From an uncultured Flavobacteriaceae bacterium (lineage in GTDB: Bacteria; Bacteroidota; Bacteroidia; Flavobacteriales; Flavobacteriaceae): DNA of 57,487 nt. This document shows, one piece after another, positions 29,388 to 39,828 of the stretch (positions are counted from its first letter, which is position 1; the number at the start of each line of letters is the position of its first letter). Below the pieces are notes generated by a model that saw nothing but the letters and a program-made list of their open reading frames with translations, ran no database searches and was not told the origin of the DNA. The stretch is taken from assembly GCA_965365245.1 (NCBI GenBank), contig CBDUAY010000001.1, forward strand, positions 1 through 57,487. Direction: 5' to 3'. The translations under genes and the position numbers were made by a program.

Positions 29388-30056
29388 ATGTTTATAAATC
29401 ATAATTATAAGGAAATAGTAGAAAGTATTCCAAAAGAGGTGGTTCTGGTTGCAGTATCCAAGACCAAGCCCATTGAGGATATCATGGAGGCATACAGGGA
29501 GGGACATCGCATATTCGGCGAGAACAAGGTACAGGAAATGGTCAATAAACACGAGGCTCTGCCCAAGGACATCGAGTGGCATATGATCGGGCACCTTCAA
29601 AGGAACAAGGTCAAGTACATGGCTCATTTCGTGAGCCTTATTCACGGGGTGGATAAAATGGCCACCCTGGTTGAAATCGACAAACAGGCAAAAAAGCACG
29701 ACAGGGTCATAGATTGCCTCCTGCAGGCCCGTATTGCGAAAGAAGAGACGAAGTTCGGCCTGGAGTTCGATCAGATTGAACAAATTCTCTTTTCACAGAA
29801 TCTACGTGACCTGGGAAACATCAGAATAATTGGCTTAATGGGTATGGCTACCTTCACGGACGACAAAGAGCAGATAGCCTCTGAATTCGCTGAGCTAAGT
29901 GCATTCTACGAAAAAATGCGAGCCAGGGGATGTGAACTGGAAGTGTTGTCGATGGGAATGAGCGGCGATTACGAAATAGCGCTGAGACATGGAAGCAATA
30001 TGATTCGCGTTGGAAGCGCCATCTTCGGTGAAAGAAACTATCTCGCCGGCCAGTAA
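29388..30056 (+). CDS. yggS: YggS/PLPBP pyridoxal-phosphate homeostasis protein
   Basis: LVAVSKTKP, FGENKVQE, WHMIGHLQRNK, LSMGMSGDY, RVGSAIFG. Confidence 0.96.
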   Translation: MFINHNYKEIVESIPKEVVLVAVSKTKPIEDIMEAYREGHRIFGENKVQEMVNKHEALPKDIEWHMIGHLQRNKVKYMAHFVSLIHGVDKMATLVEIDKQAKKHDRVIDCLLQARIAKEETKFGLEFDQIEQILFSQNLRDLGNIRIIGLMGMATFTDDKEQIASEFAELSAFYEKMRARGCELEVLSMGMSGDYEIALRHGSNMIRVGSAIFGERNYLAGQ

Positions 30057-30067
30057 TCTGATGATTC

Positions 30068-31072
30068 TCAATGCATGATTTTAAAGAGAAGCTGCTTGAG
30101 GATATCCGCATGAGACAAATTGCTCGCTCCCACTCCTTTGCTTTTTAAATCGGCCTCTCGCAGATAAGAAATCACCTGGGCTACCTTTCGCATTGGGTAA
30201 TTAACGCCCGCCCTTTGATATTCCGGTACAAAGTATGGATTGACTTTCAGCATCTTAGCCACATTGATCCTGCCCTTGTCCTTCAACCCGTGATAGAGAA
30301 GCAATTGGGTGAAGAAGCTGTTGAGCAGTGAAATCGTCATAACCAGCGGATGGGTCTTCGGATTCTCAGCAAAGTAATTGATGATTTGATTGGCTCGAAC
30401 AAACTGCTTTTCCCCGATTGCCTTGCGCAACTCAAAATTATTGTAATCCTTGCTGATGCCGATATTCTCTTCAACGTGAAAAGCATTGATCACAGTTCCT
30501 TTGTCCAGGATAAGTGCCAATTTCTCCAATTCATTGTCAATCTTGGACAGGTCGGTCCCGAGAAATTCAACCAGCATATGCGCTGCCTTGGGTTCAATGT
30601 CATAGCCTCTGTCCTTGAGGTTGGAGCTGATCCAGTCACCTACCTGGTTCTCATAGAGTTTTTTGCTTTCGAAAAGGACGCCTTTTTCTGCTATGATCTT
30701 GCCCAGTTTCTTGCGTTTGTCAAGCGACTTGTATTTATAGCATATCACTAGCACAGTAGTTGGCTGTGGATTTTCGGCATAAGACACCAAGCGATCGATG
30801 GTTCTTGACAGGTCCTGGGCTTCCTTGACGATAACCACCTGTTTTTCAGCCATCATAGGATAGCGTTTGGCCTGTGATATTACATCTTCAACAGATACGT
30901 CCCTGCCGTAAAAAACCATCTGGTTGAAACCTTTTTCTTCTTCGGTCAATAGATTTTTTTCGATATAATCAGATATCTTATCGATATAGTACGCCTCCTC
31001 TCCCATCAAAAAATAAATGGGCTTGGTGTTGCCTGTCTTAATATCTTCTGCGATCTGTCGAATTCTATTCAT
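30068..31072 (-). CDS. holA: DNA polymerase III delta subunit
   Basis: PIYFLMGEEAYYID, AKRYPMM, ELEKL, EENIGISKDYNNFEL, DLKSKG. Confidence 0.93.
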   Translation of the reverse strand: MNRIRQIAEDIKTGNTKPIYFLMGEEAYYIDKISDYIEKNLLTEEEKGFNQMVFYGRDVSVEDVISQAKRYPMMAEKQVVIVKEAQDLSRTIDRLVSYAENPQPTTVLVICYKYKSLDKRKKLGKIIAEKGVLFESKKLYENQVGDWISSNLKDRGYDIEPKAAHMLVEFLGTDLSKIDNELEKLALILDKGTVINAFHVEENIGISKDYNNFELRKAIGEKQFVRANQIINYFAENPKTHPLVMTISLLNSFFTQLLLYHGLKDKGRINVAKMLKVNPYFVPEYQRAGVNYPMRKVAQVISYLREADLKSKGVGASNLSHADILKQLLFKIMH

Positions 31073-31101
31073 AAATACGGTCAAATACGTATTTTTATCC
31101 C

Positions 31102-31545
31102 ATGATACGATTAAATCTGCCTCAGTATCCGTTTCGGATCAAAAGTAAAGAAAATAAGCTCTACATTTTTGACCGGAATCGAAAAAAAGAGGTGCTTTTG
31201 ACGGATGAAGAATGGGTGCGGCAGCACTTCGTGGAATACCTTGTGAACGACAAAGACTATCCCCGTTCCCTGATCGCAGTGGAAAAGCAATGCCAGGTGG
31301 AAAATATGACCAAAAGGACCGATATCATCGTATTTGACAGGAAAGGGGAAGCAGAGATCATCGTTGAGTGCAAAGCACCGCATGTCAAGATCAGCCAGAG
31401 TACCTTTGACCAGATAGCACGATATAATTTACAAATGGAAGCCAACTATCTGATCGTCACCAATGGCCTCGAGCACTTCATCTGCCAAATGGATCACGAA
31501 GCCCGGGAATACAAGTTTTTGAAGGACATTCCGAAGTACGTTTAA
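31102..31545 (+). CDS. Stand-alone HsdR N-terminal-like (PD-(D/E)xK) domain protein
   Basis: EEWVRQ, RTDIIVF...IIVECKAP, QIARYN, VTNG. Confidence 0.85.
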   Translation: MIRLNLPQYPFRIKSKENKLYIFDRNRKKEVLLTDEEWVRQHFVEYLVNDKDYPRSLIAVEKQCQVENMTKRTDIIVFDRKGEAEIIVECKAPHVKISQSTFDQIARYNLQMEANYLIVTNGLEHFICQMDHEAREYKFLKDIPKYV

Positions 31546-31584
31546 TATTTGTTTTCGAATGTGGCGCAGGTTGCTTAAATATCC

Positions 31585-31592
31585 TATGTTTG
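31585..31592 (+). promoter_or_regulatory. Bacteroidota -7 promoter box for the GT2 gene
   Basis: TATGTTTG 29 nt upstream of start. Confidence 0.5.
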
Positions 31593-31620
31593 CAGTGCTT
31601 CAATCAAAGGCAGGACAGCA

Positions 31621-32619
31621 TTGAAAATCGCAATTGTGATCTTGAACTGGAACGGACGGAAACTGTTGGAAAAGTTTCTGCCCTCCGTAGTGCAGTTTTC
31701 CCAGGGCCAGGCCGATATTTATGTAGCTGACAACAATTCCTCGGATGACTCGATAGAGTTCCTTAGGAAGACCTATCCCGGGGTCGGAATCATCCAGAAT
31801 GAAAAAAACGGCGGCTATGCAAAAGGTTACAATGACGCTTTGTCCCAGATCAATGCCGATGTCTATGCCCTTGTCAATTCAGACATCGAAGTCAGTGAAG
31901 GATGGCTGGCTCCTGTGATCCGCGAATTCAAAAAGAATGAGAACACCGGAATTGTGCAGCCAAAACTGCTCGATTTCAAGGACAAATCGAAGTTCGAATA
32001 CGCTGGGGCAGGTGGCGGTTTCGTCGATTTCATGGGCTACCCATTTTGTCGTGGCCGCATCTTCATGGAGTTGGAAGAAGATAAGGGTCAATTTGATGAC
32101 AGCACAAATATATTTTGGGCTTCCGGTGCCTGTTTTTTTATTCGATCAAAACTCTACCACGAGCTAGGCGGGTTTGATGAGGGTTACTTTGCCCACCAGG
32201 AGGAAATCGATCTGTGCTGGAGGGTTCAGAACGAAGGCTTTGAGGTCAGATATGTTGGCGCTTCAACCGTGTATCACGTCGGAGGCGCAACGCTTCGCGA
32301 ATCCCACCCGCGAAAGACCTTTTTAAACTTCAGAAATTCACTCTACACCATCGCCAAGAATGTCCCGAAACGCTATGTTTTCTTTGTGGTTCTCTTTCGA
32401 CTTCTTCTCGACGCGGTTGCCGGCATCAAATTCATCGTGGAATTGAGACCGATCCATACCTGGTCAATCATCAAGGCACACCTGAGCTTTTACGCTCATT
32501 TGCCGGGAATGATGAGAAAGAGAAGAAAGCTCTCCTTTAAGCAAACCCGTTATTTCTATTGCTTTAGCATCGTCTGGCAGCATTTCATCCTGAGAAAGAA
32601 AAAGTTCTCCGAGATATAG
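31621..32619 (+). CDS. Family 2 glycosyltransferase
   Basis: IVILNWNG, VADNNSSD, LVNSD, WASGAC, EEIDLCWR. Confidence 0.93.
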   Translation: MKIAIVILNWNGRKLLEKFLPSVVQFSQGQADIYVADNNSSDDSIEFLRKTYPGVGIIQNEKNGGYAKGYNDALSQINADVYALVNSDIEVSEGWLAPVIREFKKNENTGIVQPKLLDFKDKSKFEYAGAGGGFVDFMGYPFCRGRIFMELEEDKGQFDDSTNIFWASGACFFIRSKLYHELGGFDEGYFAHQEEIDLCWRVQNEGFEVRYVGASTVYHVGGATLRESHPRKTFLNFRNSLYTIAKNVPKRYVFFVVLFRLLLDAVAGIKFIVELRPIHTWSIIKAHLSFYAHLPGMMRKRRKLSFKQTRYFYCFSIVWQHFILRKKKFSEI

Positions 32620-32728
32620 TATTTATTCGTGGGGCACATCTTCTGTCAAGAGGCTGTTCAACTGAATTTTGAATCTTTTCATAATTTCCTATATTTGATC
32701 AGCTTGCTTTTTCAAGTCGATCGAAGCT

Positions 32729-34186
32729 TTGAAAATGAATTCAACCTCTCTGACGAAAAGTCTTATTCTGCTCCTGGTTCTTATTGGGACTTTAAGCTCC
32801 TGTGACCTGGATAAAAAGACTTCGAAGAATCTTGAAAAAGACATAAAACCAGTTGCTTACGACCTCCCACAAATAATCGACAATGGTGTTCTCAGGGTGA
32901 TCACGACCTACTCCCCTACGGGATATTTTATCTATAAGGGCCAAACCATGGGCTTTGAATATGAATTGTTCAAGCGACTTGCTGACAACCTGCATGTCGG
33001 CCTGGAAGTCGTTTTGGCCAGAAATGTGGATTCTGTGATCCCCATGCTGAATCGCGGCGAAGGCGATATAATAGCTATCGGATATACCATTACCTCAGAT
33101 AGAAAGGAATTGGTAGACTTTACCGAACCTTACCTGATAACGCATCAGGCCCTGGTCCAAAAGAAACCCGACAACTGGAGAAAAATGACGCTGGATCAGA
33201 TCGACAAAACCCTGATCCAGGACGTGACAGAACTTATCGGCGACACGATCAGCGTAAGAAAGAATTCGTCCTATTACAGAAGAGTCAAAGAACTGAGCAA
33301 TGAGCTTGGGGGCAAGGTTCACATAAATATTCTACCCGGATCCTTGAGTGATGAAGAGATCATTCAAAAAGTCGCTATGGGTGAGATTCGCTATTCCGTG
33401 ATCGATTATAACAAAGCGGCGATTCACAAGAGCTATTTTCCCGTTATCGACGTGAGCACTCCAATAAGCTTGTCGCAGCGCATCGGATGGGCGGTCCGCA
33501 AAACATCGCCTGAGTTATTGAATACCATTAACCAAGAATTGGTTGAAATAAAGTCAAAACCAGATTACAATGTGATCTACAGAAAATACTTTGAAAACAG
33601 AAAGTATTTCAACAGGCGACTCGACAGCGAGTATTATACGGGAGTGACCGGAAAATTCAGCAAATACGATGAGATGGTCAAAAAGTACTCCAAAGATCTG
33701 GGTTGGGATTGGATACTCGTAAAATCACTGATCTACCAGGAGTCGATGTTCCGGAACAACCGAAAGAGCTGGTCGGGCGCAGAAGGACTCATGCAGCTGA
33801 TGCCCACTACGGCGGAAGAGCTTGGGGTCGAAGACCTCAGTGACCCTGAGCAGAATATCAAGGCGGGAAGCCTCTATTTGAAAAGGATGCACAATTACTG
33901 GGAACAGATTCCGGATTCAATTCAAAGGATAAAGTTTGCCATGGCCTCTTACAATTGCGGATACGGCCATATCAGAGATGCCCAACGCCTGGCAGAGAAA
34001 TACGGAAAAGACTCTTTGAGCTGGGACAATGGTGTAGACTTTTTCGTAAAGAACTTGTCGAACCCCAAGTACTTCAACGATCCGATCGTGCAACACGGTT
34101 ACGCGAGAGGCTCAGAACCCTATGATTACGTCCGGGACATTTTTGAACGCTACCGAAATTACAAAACCATTGCGACCAGTCTCTGA
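32729..34186 (+). CDS. mltF: MltF-type lytic transglycosylase lipoprotein
   Basis: Lipobox LSSC; substrate-binding domain (GFEYEL); SLT motifs YQES, GLMQLMP, ASYNCG; ATG start may be 32735. Confidence 0.88.
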   Translation: MKMNSTSLTKSLILLLVLIGTLSSCDLDKKTSKNLEKDIKPVAYDLPQIIDNGVLRVITTYSPTGYFIYKGQTMGFEYELFKRLADNLHVGLEVVLARNVDSVIPMLNRGEGDIIAIGYTITSDRKELVDFTEPYLITHQALVQKKPDNWRKMTLDQIDKTLIQDVTELIGDTISVRKNSSYYRRVKELSNELGGKVHINILPGSLSDEEIIQKVAMGEIRYSVIDYNKAAIHKSYFPVIDVSTPISLSQRIGWAVRKTSPELLNTINQELVEIKSKPDYNVIYRKYFENRKYFNRRLDSEYYTGVTGKFSKYDEMVKKYSKDLGWDWILVKSLIYQESMFRNNRKSWSGAEGLMQLMPTTAEELGVEDLSDPEQNIKAGSLYLKRMHNYWEQIPDSIQRIKFAMASYNCGYGHIRDAQRLAEKYGKDSLSWDNGVDFFVKNLSNPKYFNDPIVQHGYARGSEPYDYVRDIFERYRNYKTIATSL

Positions 34187-34216
34187 CCAAAAACCCTTCT
34201 CTCAATCCTTTAGACA

Positions 34217-34822
34217 ATGACTATATTCAATATTTGGGACCTGGCGGGAACCGCCTCCTTTGCAATTTCCGGGGCATTGTTCGCGATCAATAAAAAAATG
34301 GACGGATTCGGAATTTTTGTCATTGCCTTTGTCACGGCAGTAGGCGGAGGGACCTTGCGGGATGTGTTGATCAACACCTACCCCATCACCTGGATGGCTG
34401 ACCTGAATTATATCTACATTATTTTCATAGCGGTCGTCCTGGCCATTGTTCTTAGAAAAAAAATCGGTTACCTCAGCCGGTCCCTTTTCCTCTTCGACGC
34501 AATAGGATTGGGCATTTTCACGATAATCGGCACAGAGATTGGGCTCCAGCATGGCTTTCATCCTATCATCTGCGTCTCACTGGGAATGATCACGGCTACC
34601 TTTGGTGGAGTGATTCGCGATACTTTGAGCAACGAGAGTCCTCTTATTTTTCACAGGGAAATCTATGCCACGGCCTGCATCATTGGCGCTACGACCTACA
34701 TAATACTCAATCATTTCAAGGTGGAAGTAGGGATCAATCAGCTGTTTACCACCCTGATGGTGATCACTGTTCGTTTGATCGCGGTGCGCTTCAAGTGGCA
34801 ACTGCCAACTTTCTATCAGTAG
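34217..34822 (+). CDS. TRIC/UPF0126-family membrane protein
   Basis: FAISGA, TAVGGGTLRD, TATFGGVIRD duplicated repeat. Confidence 0.9.
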   Translation: MTIFNIWDLAGTASFAISGALFAINKKMDGFGIFVIAFVTAVGGGTLRDVLINTYPITWMADLNYIYIIFIAVVLAIVLRKKIGYLSRSLFLFDAIGLGIFTIIGTEIGLQHGFHPIICVSLGMITATFGGVIRDTLSNESPLIFHREIYATACIIGATTYIILNHFKVEVGINQLFTTLMVITVRLIAVRFKWQLPTFYQ

Positions 34823-35661
34823 TCTCCGAGGGTTTCGGGATTTTGTGCCAGGGCAATTTCCAGTTGCTCATCATTCGGAGCTTTGCCGTGCCAGGCATGC
34901 GTTCCCATCATGAAATCAACTCCATTTCCCATTTCTGTGTGCATAAGAACACAAACGGGTTTTCCTTTGCCTGTTTCCTTCTTGGCTTTGCTCATGCCTT
35001 CAAGCACTTGCTCGATGTCATTTCCATTTTCAATTTCCAGGACAATCCATCCGAAGGCCTCAAACTTGGCCCGCAAATCGCCCAACGGCATCACATCATC
35101 TGTAGATCCGTCAATTTGTTTGAGGTTGTAGTCGACCGTGGAGATCAGGTTGTCTACCTTTTTGCCGGCAGCGAACATGGCAGCTTCCCATATCTGTCCT
35201 TCCTGAAGCTCCCCGTCACCGTGAAGCGAATAGACCAGGTGGTCATCACCATTCAATTTTTTGGCGCAAGCCGCTCCTATGGCTACGCTCAAGCCCTGTC
35301 CAAGAGAGCCAGCGGACATCCGAATCCCCGGAAGCCCTTCATGCGTCGTGGGATGTCCCTGCAAGCGAGTGTTGATCTTTCTGAATGTGGACAGCTCATC
35401 CACGGGGAAAAAACCGCTTCGTGCCAAAACGCTGTAAAGAACCGGGGAGATGTGACCGTTTGACAAAAAGAACAGGTCCTCCCCTTTTCCCTCCATGTCA
35501 AATTCAGGAGAATAGTCAAGAATTTCCTGGTACATGGCCGTCATGAATTCCGTGCATCCCAAAGATCCTCCGGGATGCCCTGAGTTTACGGCGTGAACCA
35601 TTCGCACTATGTCTCGTCTGACCTGGGTCGCAAAATCCTTTAACTCACTTACTGTAGGCAT
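34816..35661 (-). CDS. Transketolase, N-terminal (TPP-binding) subunit
   Basis: SGHPGGSL, LSNGH, LQGHP, GSLGQG, GDGELQEG, WHGKAP. Confidence 0.95.
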   Translation of the reverse strand: MPTVSELKDFATQVRRDIVRMVHAVNSGHPGGSLGCTEFMTAMYQEILDYSPEFDMEGKGEDLFFLSNGHISPVLYSVLARSGFFPVDELSTFRKINTRLQGHPTTHEGLPGIRMSAGSLGQGLSVAIGAACAKKLNGDDHLVYSLHGDGELQEGQIWEAAMFAAGKKVDNLISTVDYNLKQIDGSTDDVMPLGDLRAKFEAFGWIVLEIENGNDIEQVLEGMSKAKKETGKGKPVCVLMHTEMGNGVDFMMGTHAWHGKAPNDEQLEIALAQNPETLGDY

Positions 35662-35893
35662 ATTGAAGCACTTTTAAGGCAGCAAAATTAGTAAACTCCA
35701 GGTGATAAGTCGAATTTTTACCGAAAATTATTTTCGATTGAGAGCACGACTACGTTAGATGCATTGAAAATCAAATATCCACTAAGCGGAATAAGCTGAA
35801 AAACAACATTATTTATTTTTTGTTTAACAAATGTGACACTTTTAATTTGTGGGAATAACCTAAATTTGCAGGAATCAAAAAAAATCAGAAAAA

Positions 35894-36907
35894 ATGAAAA
35901 AATTATTGCTCCTGATGATCAGCCTTGCGTTGCTCTCTTGCGCCAAAGAAGCTCCCAAGAACTACGTAATGCTCAAGGGAAAAGTGGACAACTCGCAAAG
36001 CGACACCCTGACCATCATGGGAAAGAATTATAAGAAAGACATCGCTGTAAATGAAGATGGAAGCTTTCAGGACACCTTAAAGGTCACGAATGGATTTCAC
36101 GGGTTCAACGATGGAAAATTGCAGTCGTTTGTCTACTTGAAAAACGGATATGACCTGTCCCTTAATTTTGATGCCAACGAATTCCCAAATTCTATCCGTT
36201 TTGAAGGGAATGGGGCCGTGACAAACAACTATTTGAATGAGAAATTACAGTTTATCGAAAGGGAGGAACTCGGTAATTACAGAGCCTATTTTGAATTGGA
36301 TAAAGAGGATTTTGACGCAAAGATCATGGGAGTGAAATCCCGAATGGAGACCATGCTGAACGAGGCGGAGGGTCTCGATCCCGAAGTCATTGAACTCGAA
36401 AGAAAAGCCAATAGCGACCTCATTACGTTTTACGTGTCAAATTACCCTTCGGAGCATTATAACGTCACTAACCTGAAGAAAGGAGCGCCGTCTCCCAAAT
36501 TCAACTACCCTGATATCAATGGGAAAAACGTTTCCCTGGATGATCTCAAGGGAAAGTATGTATACGTAGACGTTTGGGCAACATGGTGTGGACCCTGCAA
36601 GAGGGAAATACCGTATTTGAAAGAACTGGATGATCAGTACAAGGGAAAAGACCTGGCCATTGTAAGCCTTTCCATCGACAAGATGGAGAACAAAGACAAG
36701 TGGCTGAAGATGATTCAGGATCAAAATCTCCAGGGGATTCAGATAATGGCAGACAAAGACTGGAACTCAGATTTTGTAACCTCATATAACATCACCGGGA
36801 TACCCCGGTTTATTCTCATCGATCCGGAAGGGAATATCTACGATGCCAATGCACCACGTCCTTCAGATCCAAGACTGAAGGAACTTTTGAGCAGTCTGAG
36901 CATTTAA
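35894..36907 (+). CDS. TlpA-family thiol:disulfide oxidoreductase lipoprotein
   Basis: Lipobox LLSC; DVWATWCGPC; GIPRFILID; upstream -7 box TAAATTTG 35861-35868. Confidence 0.92.
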   Translation: MKKLLLLMISLALLSCAKEAPKNYVMLKGKVDNSQSDTLTIMGKNYKKDIAVNEDGSFQDTLKVTNGFHGFNDGKLQSFVYLKNGYDLSLNFDANEFPNSIRFEGNGAVTNNYLNEKLQFIEREELGNYRAYFELDKEDFDAKIMGVKSRMETMLNEAEGLDPEVIELERKANSDLITFYVSNYPSEHYNVTNLKKGAPSPKFNYPDINGKNVSLDDLKGKYVYVDVWATWCGPCKREIPYLKELDDQYKGKDLAIVSLSIDKMENKDKWLKMIQDQNLQGIQIMADKDWNSDFVTSYNITGIPRFILIDPEGNIYDANAPRPSDPRLKELLSSLSI

Positions 36908-36932
36908 GCTCAGCTCTTCAAGACTCTAACAA

Positions 36933-36960
36933 GGCCCGTGTTCACGCACGGGTTTTTTTT
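36933..36960 (+). terminator. Intrinsic terminator after tlpA-like gene
   Basis: GGCCCGTG-TTCACG-CACGGGTT followed by a T run. Confidence 0.8.
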
Positions 36961-37009
36961 GTGCCCTAATTTTCAATCCCGCCAAAAAGTCACATAACCC
37001 ATTTAAATT

Positions 37010-37060
37010 CAGACATTTTGTCTGTAAATATGATCTTATTCCAATTGGAACACTATTTGA
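37010..37060 (+). promoter_or_regulatory. Inverted repeat plus sigma54-like -24/-12 element upstream of clpB
   Basis: CAGACA-ttt-TGTCTG 37010-37024; TGGAAC-N5-TTGA 37046-37060. Confidence 0.55.
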
Positions 37061-37090
37061 CAATAGAGGATTGAACGAAAAAGAACACAG

Positions 37091-39682
37091 ATGAACTTTA
37101 ACAACTTTACAATAAAATCGCAAGAGGCCGTGCAAAGGGCGCAACAGATCGCCCAGGGCTATGGTCACCAACAAATCGAAAATGCCCATATACTCAAAGG
37201 GATTTTCGAGGTTGATGAGAACGTGACTCCCTTTATTCTCAATAAATTGGGAGTAAACGTGGATCTCTTCCAAAATACCCTGGAAAGCATTTTAAAAAGT
37301 TTTCCCAAGGTTGAGGGTGGAGACATTATGCTATCTAGGGAGTGCAACAAGACCTTGATAGAAGCCGGGAACATTGCAAAGAAAATGAAAGATGAGTACG
37401 TGTCACTCGAACATCTTATCCTGGCCATCTTTAAATCCAAAGGCGAAACTTCTCAGCTGATGAAAGACAGCGGCATCAATGAGAAAGATTTGCTCAATGC
37501 CATTGAAGAGCTCAGAAAAGGAAACAAAGTGACCTCTCAAAGCGCTGAGGAGACGTATAACTCATTGAGCAAATACGCCAAGAACCTAAATCAACTGGCC
37601 AACGACGGAAAGTTGGATCCAGTTATCGGAAGGGATGAGGAAATCCGGAGGATTTTGCAGATTCTTTCCAGAAGGACCAAAAACAACCCGATTCTCATTG
37701 GGGAACCCGGTACGGGTAAGACCGCTATCGCAGAGGGACTTGCACACAGAATCGTCAAAGGAGACGTTCCTGAAAACCTCCAAAACAAGGTGATTTATTC
37801 ACTCGACATGGGAGCCTTGATTGCAGGTGCGAAATACAAAGGTGAATTTGAGGAAAGGCTGAAATCCGTGATCAAGGAAGTTATTTCTTCTGACGGAGAA
37901 ATTGTCCTGTTCATAGATGAGATTCACACTCTTGTAGGAGCAGGCGGAGGTCAGGGCGCGATGGATGCAGCCAATATCCTGAAACCTGCCCTCGCTCGTG
38001 GAGAACTGCGAGCGATTGGAGCGACCACACTTGACGAGTACCAGAAGCACTTTGAAAAAGACAAGGCGCTGGAGCGAAGATTTCAAAAAGTAGTGGTCAA
38101 TGAACCTGACACTGAGAGTGCTATTTCCATTCTCAGGGGGATCAAAGACAAGTACGAGAATCACCACAAAGTCCAGATCAAAGACAGCGCTATTATTTCG
38201 GCGGTGGAGCTATCTCAACGCTATATTTCGGATCGTTTTCTTCCGGACAAGGCGATCGATCTCATGGACGAGGCCGCGTCCAAACTGCGCATGGAGATCA
38301 ATTCGAAACCGGAGGAACTCGATGTTTTGGATAGAAAAATCATGCAGCTGGAAATTGAGCTTGAGGCCATCAAGAGAGAGAATGACAAGAAGAAGATGAA
38401 GCAGTTGCAAGAGGAGCTGGCCAATATGAAAGAAAAGCGCAACGAAGTCAATGCGAAATGGACAAGCGAAAAAGAGATCGTCGACAAGGTGCAAACCACC
38501 AAGGAGAAGATCGAAACCTATAAGCTGGAGGCCGAAAGGGCCGAAAGAGAAGGTAACTATGGTCTTGTCGCAGAGATCCGTTACGGAAAGATCAAAGAGG
38601 AAGAAGAAAGACTGGCAGCATTTCAGGAGGAAATGGAAAAGAGCCAGGAAAACTCCCTGATCAAAGAGGAGGTTACTAGTGAGGACATTGCGGAGGTGGT
38701 TGCAAAATGGACCGGGATCCCCGTACAGAAGATGCTTCAAAGTGATCGCGAAAAGCTATTGCATCTCGAAGAGGAGCTTCACAACCGCGTAATCGGTCAG
38801 GACGAAGCCATCGAGGCAGTATCGGATGCCGTCAGGCGCTCGCGTGCCGGTTTGCAGGACAGCAAAAAACCAATAGGAAGCTTCCTGTTTCTGGGTACAA
38901 CCGGTGTTGGAAAAACCGAGTTGGCAAAGGCCCTGGCAGACTACCTGTTCGACGATGAAAGCGCCATGACCCGTATCGACATGAGCGAATACCAGGAGCG
39001 ACATGCCGTCAGTCGATTGATTGGTGCTCCTCCAGGATATGTGGGTTACGATGAGGGCGGACAGCTGACCGAGGCCGTCAGACGCAAGCCTTATTCGGTG
39101 ATCCTCCTGGACGAGATCGAGAAGGCCCATCCTGACACGTTCAACATCCTGTTGCAGGTCCTCGATGAGGGACGATTGACAGACAACAAGGGTCGTGTGG
39201 CGAATTTCAGGAATGCCATCATCATCATGACATCGAACATGGGGGCCCATATAATCCAGGAGAACTTTGAGAATATGGACATGGAAGCCCGTGACATGGT
39301 TCTGGAAACCACAAAGCTCGAGGTGCTGGGCCTTTTGAAAAAGACCATAAGACCAGAGTTTTTGAACCGAATTGATGAGATCATCATGTTCACTCCTTTG
39401 AATAAGGAGGAAGTGAGAAGCATTGTTGAATTGCAGATAAAGGCCTTGTCAGAAATGCTAAGGGAAAAGAACATCGAATTGACCTGGACTGAAGAAGCCC
39501 TGGACAGTTTGTCCGTAAAAGGTTTCAATCCTCAGTTTGGAGCTCGCCCGATCAAACGAGTGATTCAGAAGGAAGTGCTCAACAGCTTGTCGAAAGAGCT
39601 GCTCAAGGGAAACATTACCGCGACGAGCAAAATTCTTTTGGATGCTTTTGACGATCAGCTTGTATTCAGAAACAAAGAATAA
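37091..39682 (+). CDS. clpB: ATP-dependent chaperone ClpB
   Basis: Two AAA+ modules ([16 protein letters not shown]), middle coiled-coil domain, GAPPGYVGY. Confidence 0.98.
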   Translation: MNFNNFTIKSQEAVQRAQQIAQGYGHQQIENAHILKGIFEVDENVTPFILNKLGVNVDLFQNTLESILKSFPKVEGGDIMLSRECNKTLIEAGNIAKKMKDEYVSLEHLILAIFKSKGETSQLMKDSGINEKDLLNAIEELRKGNKVTSQSAEETYNSLSKYAKNLNQLANDGKLDPVIGRDEEIRRILQILSRRTKNNPILIGEPGTGKTAIAEGLAHRIVKGDVPENLQNKVIYSLDMGALIAGAKYKGEFEERLKSVIKEVISSDGEIVLFIDEIHTLVGAGGGQGAMDAANILKPALARGELRAIGATTLDEYQKHFEKDKALERRFQKVVVNEPDTESAISILRGIKDKYENHHKVQIKDSAIISAVELSQRYISDRFLPDKAIDLMDEAASKLRMEINSKPEELDVLDRKIMQLEIELEAIKRENDKKKMKQLQEELANMKEKRNEVNAKWTSEKEIVDKVQTTKEKIETYKLEAERAEREGNYGLVAEIRYGKIKEEEERLAAFQEEMEKSQENSLIKEEVTSEDIAEVVAKWTGIPVQKMLQSDREKLLHLEEELHNRVIGQDEAIEAVSDAVRRSRAGLQDSKKPIGSFLFLGTTGVGKTELAKALADYLFDDESAMTRIDMSEYQERHAVSRLIGAPPGYVGYDEGGQLTEAVRRKPYSVILLDEIEKAHPDTFNILLQVLDEGRLTDNKGRVANFRNAIIIMTSNMGAHIIQENFENMDMEARDMVLETTKLEVLGLLKKTIRPEFLNRIDEIIMFTPLNKEEVRSIVELQIKALSEMLREKNIELTWTEEALDSLSVKGFNPQFGARPIKRVIQKEVLNSLSKELLKGNITATSKILLDAFDDQLVFRNKE

Positions 39683-39701
39683 TTCAATACAGACCAGTTG
39701 A

Positions 39702-39735
39702 AAGGGCCGCCTGTGAACCAGGCGGCCTTTTTTTT
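39702..39735 (+). terminator. Intrinsic terminator after clpB
   Basis: AAGGGCCGCCTG-TGAAC-CAGGCGGCCTTT followed by a T run. Confidence 0.88.
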
Positions 39736-39828
39736 GATTTCGCACATGAATCCAAAACTTGTCTAATCTTAAACACGGTGAGCGATTTCATCTTAATCTT
39801 GTTAAATTTGTCCTACCAAAATATAAAA

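Noticed and set aside
31102-31545. Type I restriction-modification system
   Set aside because: No hsdM, hsdS or helicase domain; flanked by housekeeping genes.
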